Shown: piece after piece, positions 51,050 through 61,000 of the stretch | How the letters are laid out: every line of letters starts with the position of its first letter | Position numbering within the stretch: position 1 is the stretch's first letter | From: a virus | Taxonomy: Duplodnaviria; Caudoviricetes | DNA: 64,000 nucleotides | Strand: one strand, 5' to 3' | IMG/VR virus record: IMGVR_UViG_3300028603_000039 | Coordinates: 6,076 to 70,075 of that record | Program-made: the position numbers and the translations under genes | The notes under the pieces: generated by a model | The model's database searches: none | Seen by the model: the letters and a program-made list of their open reading frames with translations, nothing else | What the model was told of the DNA's origin: nothing

Positions 51050-51553
51050 GTGATGAAGAAATATTGTCCTAAATGTAATGCAATGGTTAAATCCAGCATC
51101 AAACCCGTTAAGGAAACTTACAATGTTTGGGGTAAGGTAAAAGTTACAGTTGCGGCTCGCGTACTTGTTTGTAATGTTTGCAAGTCCCAAATATTTGATG
51201 AAAAATTGGATAGCGTTACCCTTAAGAAGGTATACCGAATAGCTAGGGTTAAAGGAAAGTCTTTGATCCCTAAGAATGATTACTATTGCTATAAACGTTT
51301 ACAACGTACAAAGGACGGAAAATTTAAAGTTATAGGACAGTGTCCCTTCTGGTCTATTAATAAGGATCTTCCAAAGCAAGCCAACGGGTATTGCTCCTAT
51401 TTAGGTAAGTTAGATGTAGACATACATATGGATAATGTAATTGCAAACCCTAATAACAGATGGCGCGATCAAAAAGGCAAATTTGCCAAAGATCCAGGCA
51501 CTTGCAGTAGTTTGCTTTGGGATAGATGCAAAGAGTGTGGTATAAACAGATGA
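51050..51553 (+). CDS. YgiT/MqsA-type zinc ribbon fused to a Cys-rich domain
   Basis: YCPKC...VCNVC..IFDEKLD, then CPFW...C.Y...W..CKEC. Confidence 0.5.
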   Translation: MMKKYCPKCNAMVKSSIKPVKETYNVWGKVKVTVAARVLVCNVCKSQIFDEKLDSVTLKKVYRIARVKGKSLIPKNDYYCYKRLQRTKDGKFKVIGQCPFWSINKDLPKQANGYCSYLGKLDVDIHMDNVIANPNNRWRDQKGKFAKDPGTCSSLLWDRCKECGINR

Positions 51554-51737
51554 AAATAAGCAACGTAGACGTACGTATACCTTGTGCACCGTTTGCTGAT
51601 AACCCCTTCGGCATGGAAAGCGTTGCGTTGCCCTCCCATGTTGGGGAAGGTAATGTTATTACATTTACGGTATCCTCTGATGTATCGTGGATGGCTGAGC
51701 TTATGGGTATTAAGATTACATATACGCAGGAGGGATA

Positions 51738-52070
51738 ATGGTGGATAGTATTTTCAAGCCAGCATCTGATAAAGATATAGTAGAGAGGCGGATTATTTGG
51801 GCATCAAAGTTTACGCCAAGGGAGTTGCGTTGCCTCCAAGAAACTACAACAACGTTGTTGTGGATGGGTAAACCGCGTCCTAGAGGATGGCGGTTTGACA
51901 GGAGCACGGAGTCTTATTATAGGCACAATTTAGATGCTATAGTGGAGGAAGCGAACTTTTATGGATACGAATACATGCCTATTACTTGGCGTCAGATACG
52001 TAAAGTAAGCCATGATATACATATAATCAGGAAATTGGGTAAAAGGGAGTTAGCAAATGAAGCCGGCTAA
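51738..52070 (+). CDS. DIFKP-motif protein
   Basis: MVDSIFKPASDKDIVERR. Confidence 0.7.
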   Translation: MVDSIFKPASDKDIVERRIIWASKFTPRELRCLQETTTTLLWMGKPRPRGWRFDRSTESYYRHNLDAIVEEANFYGYEYMPITWRQIRKVSHDIHIIRKLGKRELANEAG

Positions 52071-52338
52071 AGATCATCCGTGGCGCAGGGAATTTAAGTT
52101 TTGTCCTCTGTCTAAGGATGAACGGGACTATATCAATGTACGTAGGGATACGGTAGCGGATATTAGAAAAAAGAAACATTATAAATATTTGGGGCATATA
52201 AAATTTGGTCGTTAAGAGGTTATATTGGCGATCCTTAATATTTATGATATGTATTGGGTAGTTGCTACCAAACTATTTATCAATATTTAGTCGTTTAAAG
52301 AAGATACCAAGAAGGCTAAAGGAAGCCTATTCCAACAA

Positions 52339-52917
52339 ATGTATACCGACAACGGGGACTGTTTTAAAAATGTACCTGACATAGACTTAGTAAAAGCTTA
52401 CCGCTTTACCCAAGATCCTACCTGTATTTCTGAATTAATTGATCGGTACAAGTACTTTATTTATAAGACGATAGCTAGGTGGAACGATTCCAACCACTAC
52501 TGCGTAAAGATAACTGAGTCTGACTTAGATGATGCTAACCAGTGTGCCTATTTGGGCGTTATGATGTTTATGACTAGGACAAAGGATCTTGACCGGGTAA
52601 AGAACGTATCCATATCTATGCGATCATACATATACACAGCGCTTAATAAGTATTATAGACACAGAAGTTATGAAAGATATGGCGAGGGTAACGATACATC
52701 TGCATATGTACCCACACATATGACGGAGCAAAAGGTTAAGGATATAAACGCTGATAGAGATGTGTTATTATATTTTAAATACTTTTATGGATATAACTAT
52801 TACAAATTGGCTTTAATGTTAACTAAATCCAAAAACAACAATTTTATGCGAGTAAGTGTAAGTAGGTTAATTAGGAAAAAATTAAATAAGTTTAGGAAGC
52901 AAAAAGGTTTATTGTAA
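52339..52917 (+). CDS. Phage sigma-factor-like protein
   Basis: Region-2-like DLVKAY....CISELIDRY..FIY....DLDDA.Q.AYLG; basic HTH-like C-terminus. Confidence 0.55.
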   Translation: MYTDNGDCFKNVPDIDLVKAYRFTQDPTCISELIDRYKYFIYKTIARWNDSNHYCVKITESDLDDANQCAYLGVMMFMTRTKDLDRVKNVSISMRSYIYTALNKYYRHRSYERYGEGNDTSAYVPTHMTEQKVKDINADRDVLLYFKYFYGYNYYKLALMLTKSKNNNFMRVSVSRLIRKKLNKFRKQKGLL

Positions 52918-53033
52918 CAATTCTTTCCCAACGTCCCCACCCGCCGCCCTCACCTTCCCTTTTCACGGGAAGAATAAATTGAGAAACGTCTTTTATATGA
53001 CAGTATCTAGTAGGTTACATATTTTAATAAAAT

Positions 53034-53495
53034 ATGATAACTCAAACAGGCAACTCAATTTACTTTTCTTTGAAAAGTAATCCTGACATTCTATATGGAG
53101 AGTATATGTTATCTACGCAACAAGAAGCTAGGCGCATTGCAAATAAGAAATTTAGGAGGAAACTTAAATATAATTATATTAGGAATAAACGCCTAGAACT
53201 CAAGAATACCTCAGAAGGCAGACAATTAATACAACAAGTTTATGAAGAAAATATTAAGAAGTATGGCACGTTGACTTGTGAGTTATGCTTTAAGCCAATA
53301 GCTTTTGGCGATGATACAGTAGATCATAAGAAATCATTGTACGGTCGTGGTGATAATGTTAGAAGCAACTTACACGTGGCTTGTTCTAATTGTAATAGTA
53401 AAAAATTAACTAAATCAGTAAAAACATTCTACCATAGATACAGACTGTTATACAAGAAGAAGTTAGCAGTAGATAATTGCCCTGCATGTATATAG
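53034..53495 (+). CDS. HNH endonuclease
   Basis: CELC, TVDHKK, NL..AC..CN..K. Confidence 0.88.
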   Translation: MITQTGNSIYFSLKSNPDILYGEYMLSTQQEARRIANKKFRRKLKYNYIRNKRLELKNTSEGRQLIQQVYEENIKKYGTLTCELCFKPIAFGDDTVDHKKSLYGRGDNVRSNLHVACSNCNSKKLTKSVKTFYHRYRLLYKKKLAVDNCPACI

Positions 53496-53510
53496 GAAAT
53501 AATACTTATT

Positions 53511-54158
53511 ATGAATAATTTATTAGTAGACGCTTTAAAAGAGGCTGAATTTCCGGACATGTTGGATGTTGTGTACCTTATCCACGTTTCTAGTGAGCCA
53601 TTACCAAGCGTCTTACTTTCGTTATCTAAGCAAATACAAGACCTTTCCTATGATGAGTTTGTGCAGAGGTATACTTCAGTTGAGGGCTTGGAGCAATGGC
53701 GCCAAGACGTCGGTGAGATAGAGGAGATGGAATTTAACGAGGTTAAGCGCAAGCTAGCGGTCGGAGATAGGCTCTGGGATGAGCGCGATAAATACATCTT
53801 GGCTACCATCGCTATTAAGGTTTTGGATAGTTTTACTACAGTTGAGGAAATTATTGGAAACCCAGCGTTGACGCATGCGGTGTTCTTTTACCTGTCTAAT
53901 ACGCCAGATCCAGTTGGAGCGGAGTTTGACGGATTTTATAAAATAGTGGTTCCATTTAAGTTTACCAATATAGAAGCGTTTAAGCAAGCATATACATATG
54001 ACGTTTGGACAATAGACCATATGGATCCAAACGCGCTTAATATAGATTTAGACGCAATTTTTTATAACGAGTTGTACGCCCAGGCGCGCCCGCCGGAGAT
54101 GGCAATATATATGGATGTATTGTCAATACCGGTGCTCAAAGAGGTGGTCAATGCTTAG
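53511..54158 (+). CDS. Hypothetical acidic protein
   Basis: 215-aa ORF. Confidence 0.7.
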   Translation: MNNLLVDALKEAEFPDMLDVVYLIHVSSEPLPSVLLSLSKQIQDLSYDEFVQRYTSVEGLEQWRQDVGEIEEMEFNEVKRKLAVGDRLWDERDKYILATIAIKVLDSFTTVEEIIGNPALTHAVFFYLSNTPDPVGAEFDGFYKIVVPFKFTNIEAFKQAYTYDVWTIDHMDPNALNIDLDAIFYNELYAQARPPEMAIYMDVLSIPVLKEVVNA

Positions 54159-54864
54159 CTTTAACACCTTGATACAGGAAACTATTAAAGTAGATGAAGC
54201 ATTGTTGGTAGAGAAGGATATCTTCAAACCTGCCTCCAAGAAGGATATACAAGATAGAATGGCTGTAGTGCAAGCTAAAAATCGTCAAGAGTTTATCAAT
54301 TTGCTTACAAAGCTTGGTGTAGCAAAAGAAGATTTTCCAATGTTTTTGGAGGTTATAGACCTCAATTCTAATGATTATATGGTTGATGATCTTCGATCCA
54401 TTATAAATCGATTAAACCGTGCAGGGAAGGTTGGTCGCGGTGTTTATACATCAAAACGAGGTCTACCACTATTATCAGAATTACGGACAGAGTTTAATGC
54501 TGGCAATGCAATTTATATGCGAGATAACCCAGGTTATGGGGATAGGAAAATATTTATTGTTAGTAAAGAGATTCCTAATTTATACCTTGAAAAGTTAGGA
54601 TTTACTCTATTAGGAAGATCAATGAATGATGTAAAACCGTTTCTTGCAGAGTTTGATTTAGGTAGGGAGGTTGATCCTAAAATTTTAATAAGTACCTTGT
54701 ATAGGAAAACTTATTGCGGAACATGTGAAAGGGCAGTTTTAAAAGGTGAGAAGGTATTTTATATACCAAGTAGTCGTGGTTCTTATGGTTCGTCTGTTCT
54801 GTGCCTCCAGTGTGCAGAGAAGATTGGTAAGGTGGCTCAAGACATGCTTAAGGCTAAGGTATAA
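54151..54864 (+). CDS. DIFKP-motif modular protein (1 copy; C-terminal zinc finger)
   Basis: MLSFNTLIQETIKVDE..LVEKDIFKPASKKDIQDR; C..C...C..C. Confidence 0.75.
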   Translation: MLSFNTLIQETIKVDEALLVEKDIFKPASKKDIQDRMAVVQAKNRQEFINLLTKLGVAKEDFPMFLEVIDLNSNDYMVDDLRSIINRLNRAGKVGRGVYTSKRGLPLLSELRTEFNAGNAIYMRDNPGYGDRKIFIVSKEIPNLYLEKLGFTLLGRSMNDVKPFLAEFDLGREVDPKILISTLYRKTYCGTCERAVLKGEKVFYIPSSRGSYGSSVLCLQCAEKIGKVAQDMLKAKV

Positions 54865-56078
54865 TGAATATACATACGGCTATAGGTGCAACTTTACAAG
54901 TAAATGAAGACGACATCTTCAAGCCGGCGTCTGACAAAGAAATTAAGCAACGCGACGAAGTATCCGTTGGCAATAGTGAAGATTTAGGATTGGTAAAGGT
55001 TGACGACTTATTAGAAATAGTTGAAATAGGTCAGATTGACCCGGCGTATAATAACATAAACGACTGGCTTTGCGACTTTTGGTCCGATTTGTCTTGGACC
55101 AAAGCACGGCGTAATAGGGATATTAGGTCTATACTTAACCATCCAAAGTTTGGTGTTATACAGGATTTCTTCTTAGAAAAATATGACTTTGATATGGCAA
55201 GAACATTAATCCAAGTATTAGGGCAACCAGTAAACGAGGCTGAGGATATTTTTAAACCAGCATCTGATTCGGATATATCAAAACGTTCGTCTGAGGCATT
55301 AGATTTAAAAATTGCGGACGAATTGAAACAAATAAGTTCCTACGATCGTGCTACGTATAACTTAAGAATGTTAGATAACGATGAAGAAAGTTTTATAGCA
55401 AACCGTGTACCGAGATCGGCGGGGTATATAGATTTATCATTTGATGAATTTAATAAATTTAATCGCTCTAAACTGATAAAACAATTCAATGCTTTTGATA
55501 ATCACCGTATAGCTTATATTTATTCTGGACGATATAAAAATATAGATGCATTATTATATGTTGTAGATTATCGTAATATAGGCAATGCTGTAAGAAATAT
55601 ATATTATCATGCCTACATTTGGCCTAAGAAAGCTAACGAATCAGAGGATATTTTTAAGTCCGCATCTAAGTCAGATATTGATGACCGCACTTTAATAGCA
55701 TTGTCTGCAAGGATGCAACAGGCGCAAACTTTGAGCAAAAAAGGTGCTGTACTGCAATGGGCAGGTGCGGATATTAAAAATTTCCTGCAGAATGCGTTCC
55801 CTGATTTCGTAGACGACGTTATATTATCTAATGATCAATTTGATGTTATTCCTAATAAAAAGTTGGTAAAGACTTTTAGGACAAGATGTTCATCGAATCC
55901 CTATAAGGCACTATCATCAGTGTCGATGTTTTACTCGGCTCGTATTATGGGTAAAACTGCATTAATTTACAGTGTAAATGTTACAGGTAGACCTAAAAGT
56001 GTGATAGGGGCGTATGTTTGGCCGTCTAGGTGGGATAGAACAACGACTACCGTCCAAGGAGCAGACGACAGTGCCTAA
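54864..56078 (+). CDS. DIFKP-motif modular protein (3 copies)
   Basis: VNEDDIFKPAS, VNEAEDIFKPAS, ANESEDIFKSAS. Confidence 0.8.
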   Translation: MNIHTAIGATLQVNEDDIFKPASDKEIKQRDEVSVGNSEDLGLVKVDDLLEIVEIGQIDPAYNNINDWLCDFWSDLSWTKARRNRDIRSILNHPKFGVIQDFFLEKYDFDMARTLIQVLGQPVNEAEDIFKPASDSDISKRSSEALDLKIADELKQISSYDRATYNLRMLDNDEESFIANRVPRSAGYIDLSFDEFNKFNRSKLIKQFNAFDNHRIAYIYSGRYKNIDALLYVVDYRNIGNAVRNIYYHAYIWPKKANESEDIFKSASKSDIDDRTLIALSARMQQAQTLSKKGAVLQWAGADIKNFLQNAFPDFVDDVILSNDQFDVIPNKKLVKTFRTRCSSNPYKALSSVSMFYSARIMGKTALIYSVNVTGRPKSVIGAYVWPSRWDRTTTTVQGADDSA

Positions 56079-56230
56079 AACATTTGAGATATACATTGAA
56101 GTAGTCGTAGATATTGATGATGTAGACGAGGTAACTATGGAGGAGTTGGTGCAGGATCAAATAGAGTCTATTGCACCCATCCGTTCCTACCATGTAGTGG
56201 ATATCAACGCCAAAGAGCACGCTTTTTAAA

Positions 56231-56929
56231 ATGGATATACATACGCTAATAAATGAGACGTTGTTGGTTGAGAAGGGTATATTTCAGCCCATTACGCCTG
56301 AGGATCTTAAACAACGGCAGGCAGTTGTGTTGTATAACCAACTTAAAAGCAACTATAAAGATTACAAGAGACCTACTGTTGAATGGGTAAGTGCGCCCGA
56401 TACTGATGATGACGGAGCTTCCCCTGCTGAGGCAATTCAGCAGTTTCAAATTGCCAATATGCCATCGAAAGTTGCACATATGATGGACTGGGAGTATAAC
56501 GGCGACTTACTAGAAGACTTAGAAAATGTAAAGTTTCTGAAAAGTATGATTGGTTCTGGGTATACTTATAACTTTTATACTGCTACACTTAAAACTTTTA
56601 AGTTGTTAGTATTTACCATTAAGATTAGGGAAATTTGCATTAGAACCTGTGCTTATTTTTGGAAGGCAGCGGATGAATCCGTAAGTGAAGCTGATGTTTT
56701 TAAGCCCGCGTCTGCTGATGATGTGGAAAAACGTAAAGTTAAAGCACTTGAACTAATTGGTAAAACAATAACAGTTACTGTATCAATTGAAGACACTGAA
56801 GATATTATGAATATAGATGTTGAAACCAAACCAGGTAAAACAAAAGACGTTTACCTTGGTATTGCTGATGCCATACGTGATTATGCACGTGCGTCTGGTG
56901 ACGTTCAAGACGTAACTACATTTAGATAA
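56231..56929 (+). CDS. DIFKP-motif modular protein (2 copies)
   Basis: LVEKGIFQPIT, VSEADVFKPAS. Confidence 0.8.
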   Translation: MDIHTLINETLLVEKGIFQPITPEDLKQRQAVVLYNQLKSNYKDYKRPTVEWVSAPDTDDDGASPAEAIQQFQIANMPSKVAHMMDWEYNGDLLEDLENVKFLKSMIGSGYTYNFYTATLKTFKLLVFTIKIREICIRTCAYFWKAADESVSEADVFKPASADDVEKRKVKALELIGKTITVTVSIEDTEDIMNIDVETKPGKTKDVYLGIADAIRDYARASGDVQDVTTFR

Positions 56930-56948
56930 AGGTTTTTAAGTATATAAA

Positions 56949-57353
56949 ATGACTGATAAACAAGCAGGTAATGAACACCAAATAGATCTTTCTAAGGTGC
57001 GTTGGTTTGAGAACGCAATGGTGTTGGCTCATTCTGATAAATATAGAGTAGGAATTTTTAATTACTTACTTGGTGATAAGGATGTTGATTATTCCGCTTC
57101 GGCCTCTGATGAGTTTGATAAGGATAAGCTTCCAAAGACTTTTTTGTATAACAATGATGGTATGATAAGGGGTAGGATATTTAAGTGGGGTAAGTTTAAA
57201 TACTGTTTGGTTATATACTGTGATGACATTCCGAAGCACTTAGACAGAGATGATACGATCAAAGAGATAGTGGACAAAGTTTTGGAAGTTTCTGGGATTT
57301 GTAGGTTTGATTTTATAGTAGATACATCTGGGTATGAAATATGGAAGAACTAA
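56949..57353 (+). CDS. RGR-motif family protein 1
   Basis: MIRGRIFKW...LVIY; paralog of 57341, 62106 and 63670. Confidence 0.65.
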   Translation: MTDKQAGNEHQIDLSKVRWFENAMVLAHSDKYRVGIFNYLLGDKDVDYSASASDEFDKDKLPKTFLYNNDGMIRGRIFKWGKFKYCLVIYCDDIPKHLDRDDTIKEIVDKVLEVSGICRFDFIVDTSGYEIWKN

Positions 57354-57748
57354 TTAAACATATACAAGGTGCGGTAAACGAACAGGAAATAATCCTGCCA
57401 AATGCTTGGGAGGTGGCTCACTTTTCTGAGTTAACTTTAGGTGTTTGGTTTTATTCTACTGACAGTAGGCTTTTAGATTACTCTGAGACGGCAACAGGTC
57501 ATGCGGATGTTGGCTCCTTTAAGACGTACCAAGAACACAAAGACGAAAATTGGATAAGGGGTAGGCTTATTAGGAAGGACAACCTAAACTTCTTGATAGT
57601 TTATAAAAAGTTACCTATTGATCAATTGCATGATTTGAAGAGCAAGGTAGAGACGGCTTCCCAAAAAGGTATTGATTATGTAGTCGGGTTTGAAGGTTAC
57701 GACTTGTTAAGGGAACAGAAACAGAGAGAAAACAATGTCCAAATTTGA
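57341..57748 (+). CDS. RGR-motif family protein 2
   Basis: WIRGRLIRK...FLIVY. Confidence 0.65.
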   Translation: MEELIKHIQGAVNEQEIILPNAWEVAHFSELTLGVWFYSTDSRLLDYSETATGHADVGSFKTYQEHKDENWIRGRLIRKDNLNFLIVYKKLPIDQLHDLKSKVETASQKGIDYVVGFEGYDLLREQKQRENNVQI

Positions 57749-57992
57749 CGATTTGTTTGATAACATATGCGAAGGTATTCAAAAGTGTACTTTTGTATCT
57801 GTAGTTGGTGACGTAAACATTAGAACGGTTGCCAACTTACTCAAAGCATGCGACGTTGACGTTATTGAAATAATCGCCAATACCGTTGTTGTTAAATATG
57901 GGCATGGTGAGAAGGCGGAGGATTTAATCTTAAGGTATATACCTAACGCTTCCGTTCGCTTGCAGACTCTAGTACTTAGGACTAAAGATTGA
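57735..57992 (+). CDS. Hypothetical protein
   Basis: Coupled ORF. Confidence 0.6.
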   Translation: MSKFDDLFDNICEGIQKCTFVSVVGDVNIRTVANLLKACDVDVIEIIANTVVVKYGHGEKAEDLILRYIPNASVRLQTLVLRTKD

Positions 57993-59014
57993 TGGATATA
58001 CATACGGCAATAGCGGAAACTATTACAGTCAACTTAGATGAAGCTGACATCTTTAAGGCAGCATCTTCAGATGAGATTAACACCCGCGCCTACGAGTTTG
58101 CTAAGGTTAATAATGTTAAGTACCCCGCAGTTATTACTAAAAAGTTTACAAAGGATAAAGCTTACACAGATGCATTAAGGGGCGCTTTTCCGTCTCATAG
58201 TTCTATTGTTAAGCTTATTAATATAATATCAGAACATGGCATTGCGATTTCGTCTGTAAAAATAAGACCAACCTACTTTGGCATTTACTTCTACCATAGC
58301 GAGACAACAACCAAAACGCAGGGGTTAATTGCTAAAATTGTGCAGGAGTTTTCTGGTATAAAAGTTACTCCTCAAACAGGGTGGCACGACACCAATACAA
58401 ATGTTGGAATAATAATTTCACCCGAAATGAGTCGCATGCGCTATAACTTTGATGAGTCAGTAAGGTTAGATGAAGAGGACATCTTTAAGCCCGCTTCCAG
58501 AGAGGACGTAAAGCAAAGGCGTAAAATTAGCAACAACCCAGATAAATACGCTTGGAATGTAGCGCTTAGAGATATTATACAAAAATTTAAGGGTGGATCT
58601 AGTGAACCTTTGGATGGCGATGAAGTAGATGTTTTGGTGGAACTGTTGCGCAGGAAAATAAACTACATGGAAGGCAATATTACTGCTGATGAATATTTAG
58701 GCGAGTCTGCGATTATTGAGGATGACGTCTTTAAGCCTGCTACGCCTGAGGATGTTGCAAACAGGGATGCAACAAACCCTGACCCTAAATGGGATTATGG
58801 CAGGTTGTTTAGTACCTTTCCACACCAAGTAGATCTTTTAGAGGCGCGCGGGCTTATGCCGGATGTAGATCCTACTGGTCGCATTTTGGGGTTTATTGAT
58901 AGGGGTACTGACGATATTCTTTCTTATGGGGATTTGCCAAGAGCTATTGAGGATATAACGGCAGAGATATTAGAAGCTGCTACCACGTTAGAGAATGCAG
59001 TAAGGAAACATTAG
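57989..59014 (+). CDS. DIFKP-motif modular protein (3 copies)
   Basis: LDEADIFKAAS, LDEEDIFKPAS, IIEDDVFKPAT. Confidence 0.8.
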   Translation: MMDIHTAIAETITVNLDEADIFKAASSDEINTRAYEFAKVNNVKYPAVITKKFTKDKAYTDALRGAFPSHSSIVKLINIISEHGIAISSVKIRPTYFGIYFYHSETTTKTQGLIAKIVQEFSGIKVTPQTGWHDTNTNVGIIISPEMSRMRYNFDESVRLDEEDIFKPASREDVKQRRKISNNPDKYAWNVALRDIIQKFKGGSSEPLDGDEVDVLVELLRRKINYMEGNITADEYLGESAIIEDDVFKPATPEDVANRDATNPDPKWDYGRLFSTFPHQVDLLEARGLMPDVDPTGRILGFIDRGTDDILSYGDLPRAIEDITAEILEAATTLENAVRKH

Positions 59015-59018
59015 ATAT

Positions 59019-60998
59019 ATGCATACGCTTATAGCTGAAACATTAAAAATAAACGAAGAAGACATTTTTAAACCTGCAACTACAGAAGATATTAAGCAAC
59101 GTGCAGGTATTAAGTTGTATGCAGATATGAAGGATGTGTATGCGGATTGGTCTAAGAAGCGGTTAAAGCCCAAAATTCTTTCGTTTGCAGACTGTCCGCT
59201 GAAAACATTTATAGTGCAACATACGCCAAAGCAGGTTGGACATATTGTTATAGGAAGCGAACAGAATTTTAAGAGGTTGGAAAACGTTAAGGAATTAGGC
59301 GATTTTAAATGGGGCAACAATGTGAATACCTTTTACTCTGCTAGTTATAAAGATTATAATTTACTAGTATGGCATCCACAAACTGATTATAAATCTGACT
59401 ACTATGCGTATGTATGGCCCAAGCAATTGTCTGAAGCGGAAATCTTTAAGCCAGTTACAAAAGAAGAAGTGTATGCGAGGCAGGTTTCTAGGTTTAAGAA
59501 ATTGGATATAAGTAAGTTTGAAACAAGAGATGATTATGTAAAAGCAATGCAACCCCCATACATACGCCTATGGGACGGTATTTACCCAGAAGACGAACGG
59601 TTGCGCTTTGATACTGTGTTTGCCTATGGTGCAGTGCCAGGCATCCAGCCTTCTCCTCATCTAGAATATATATGGCATGCTATTGAGGTAGTGTCTAATA
59701 AGGAAACAGGTAAGCTTTTGGCGGTTTGGGATTTGGGTGAATATAATGATGCTGGAGATGCTGAGAGCGCCTTACACGGTTTTAGTCCTAAATTTATTAT
59801 TGATGACTTAAAGTTGCAGGGTCTTATAGAAGCTAGAGATATTTTTAAGCCTATTTCTGATGAGGAAGTTGCACAACGCTATGCGTTAAACCCACACAAG
59901 CTAATTAAAATAACGTCCTTAGATCAGTTGAAGCAATTGGCTAGTGGTGAGACAGCTATAGATGTTAGGATCCTTATTGGTGGCGGAATGATAAGGTCTA
60001 GCAAGCGTGTTAGTTATGATCCAGTTGCTGATGAGTGGTGGATATTTAGCTATATGGATGATAGTGAAACTAGCGCAATTGAGGATACTAACATCCTGCA
60101 AGCCATTGAAAAAGGTACGTTGATATACGATCCTGCGTCTAATGAGTCTATTGTGTCTGAAAGAGATATCTTCCAACCTGCTTCCGATGAGGATATAAAG
60201 CAACGCGAGGAAACTAAAAAGATGCAGTGGGTTGATAGGTTTATGGGCGATAGGTTTATGAGCGACCTGGAAGAGCATCCTGGGTACGTTTTCTATAGAG
60301 CTGTGTCGAATGCGGAAGAGCTACACAATTACTATATTGAGAATGGTGATTTGCCGGATTCGGAATCGTTTCAAAAGATGGAAGCGGGCGATGAGGCTTT
60401 AGCAAAAGCGCACGGCGGATTTATTGCCACAGAAATTTTTGCCTTTTCCGAAGAAGAGTGGAACCAAGTACCTAAGACGTTAAAGCAAGCTTTGGGTATA
60501 AATGAAGCTAACATCTTCAAACCGGCTAGTGATGCAGATTGTTTGGATAGGAGCAGGCAACAGGCGGCGGTTTATGCCGCAGAGAGGGCAGCAGAGAAAG
60601 CTAAGAAGGTAGCGTATTACGCTTCTATACCCTACACGTATGAACAAATAACTGCGTTACCACAGTATAAGAAGATAATGGCGCTTGATAACGGCTTGAG
60701 TACATCAACTGCTGATAGGGAAACTGTTAAAGATCTAACTAGTGATATAATGAAGAAACATAAGTCTACCAAGTTTAGGTTGATTTATGGATGGAAAGAT
60801 TGGAACTTTAAAGATTACTTTGTGAGGGCTAACGGTTATATAAGTACGCATCCAATTCCGCCTACTGGGTACAATTCCGTGTTGAGAAGTAAAGACAAAG
60901 GTGCGGCGACAACCTTGGCTGAGTATGGTGGTCTTTTAGATGACTTGTACAAAATAATGGTTAGGAAGTTGCAGAAGCACGGTGTAAAGGTTAGCTAA
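59019..60998 (+). CDS. DIFKP-motif modular protein (5 copies)
   Basis: INEEDIFKPAT, LSEAEIFKPVT, LIEARDIFKPIS, VSERDIFQPAS, INEANIFKPAS. Confidence 0.8.
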   Translation: MHTLIAETLKINEEDIFKPATTEDIKQRAGIKLYADMKDVYADWSKKRLKPKILSFADCPLKTFIVQHTPKQVGHIVIGSEQNFKRLENVKELGDFKWGNNVNTFYSASYKDYNLLVWHPQTDYKSDYYAYVWPKQLSEAEIFKPVTKEEVYARQVSRFKKLDISKFETRDDYVKAMQPPYIRLWDGIYPEDERLRFDTVFAYGAVPGIQPSPHLEYIWHAIEVVSNKETGKLLAVWDLGEYNDAGDAESALHGFSPKFIIDDLKLQGLIEARDIFKPISDEEVAQRYALNPHKLIKITSLDQLKQLASGETAIDVRILIGGGMIRSSKRVSYDPVADEWWIFSYMDDSETSAIEDTNILQAIEKGTLIYDPASNESIVSERDIFQPASDEDIKQREETKKMQWVDRFMGDRFMSDLEEHPGYVFYRAVSNAEELHNYYIENGDLPDSESFQKMEAGDEALAKAHGGFIATEIFAFSEEEWNQVPKTLKQALGINEANIFKPASDADCLDRSRQQAAVYAAERAAEKAKKVAYYASIPYTYEQITALPQYKKIMALDNGLSTSTADRETVKDLTSDIMKKHKSTKFRLIYGWKDWNFKDYFVRANGYISTHPIPPTGYNSVLRSKDKGAATTLAEYGGLLDDLYKIMVRKLQKHGVKVS

Positions 60999-61000
60999 AG

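Noticed and set aside
52944-52962. CTTCCC-N7-GGGAAG hairpin near the end of the sigma-like gene as an intrinsic terminator
   Set aside because: The stem is short and has no U-tract on the + strand; coordinates are approximate and support is insufficient.
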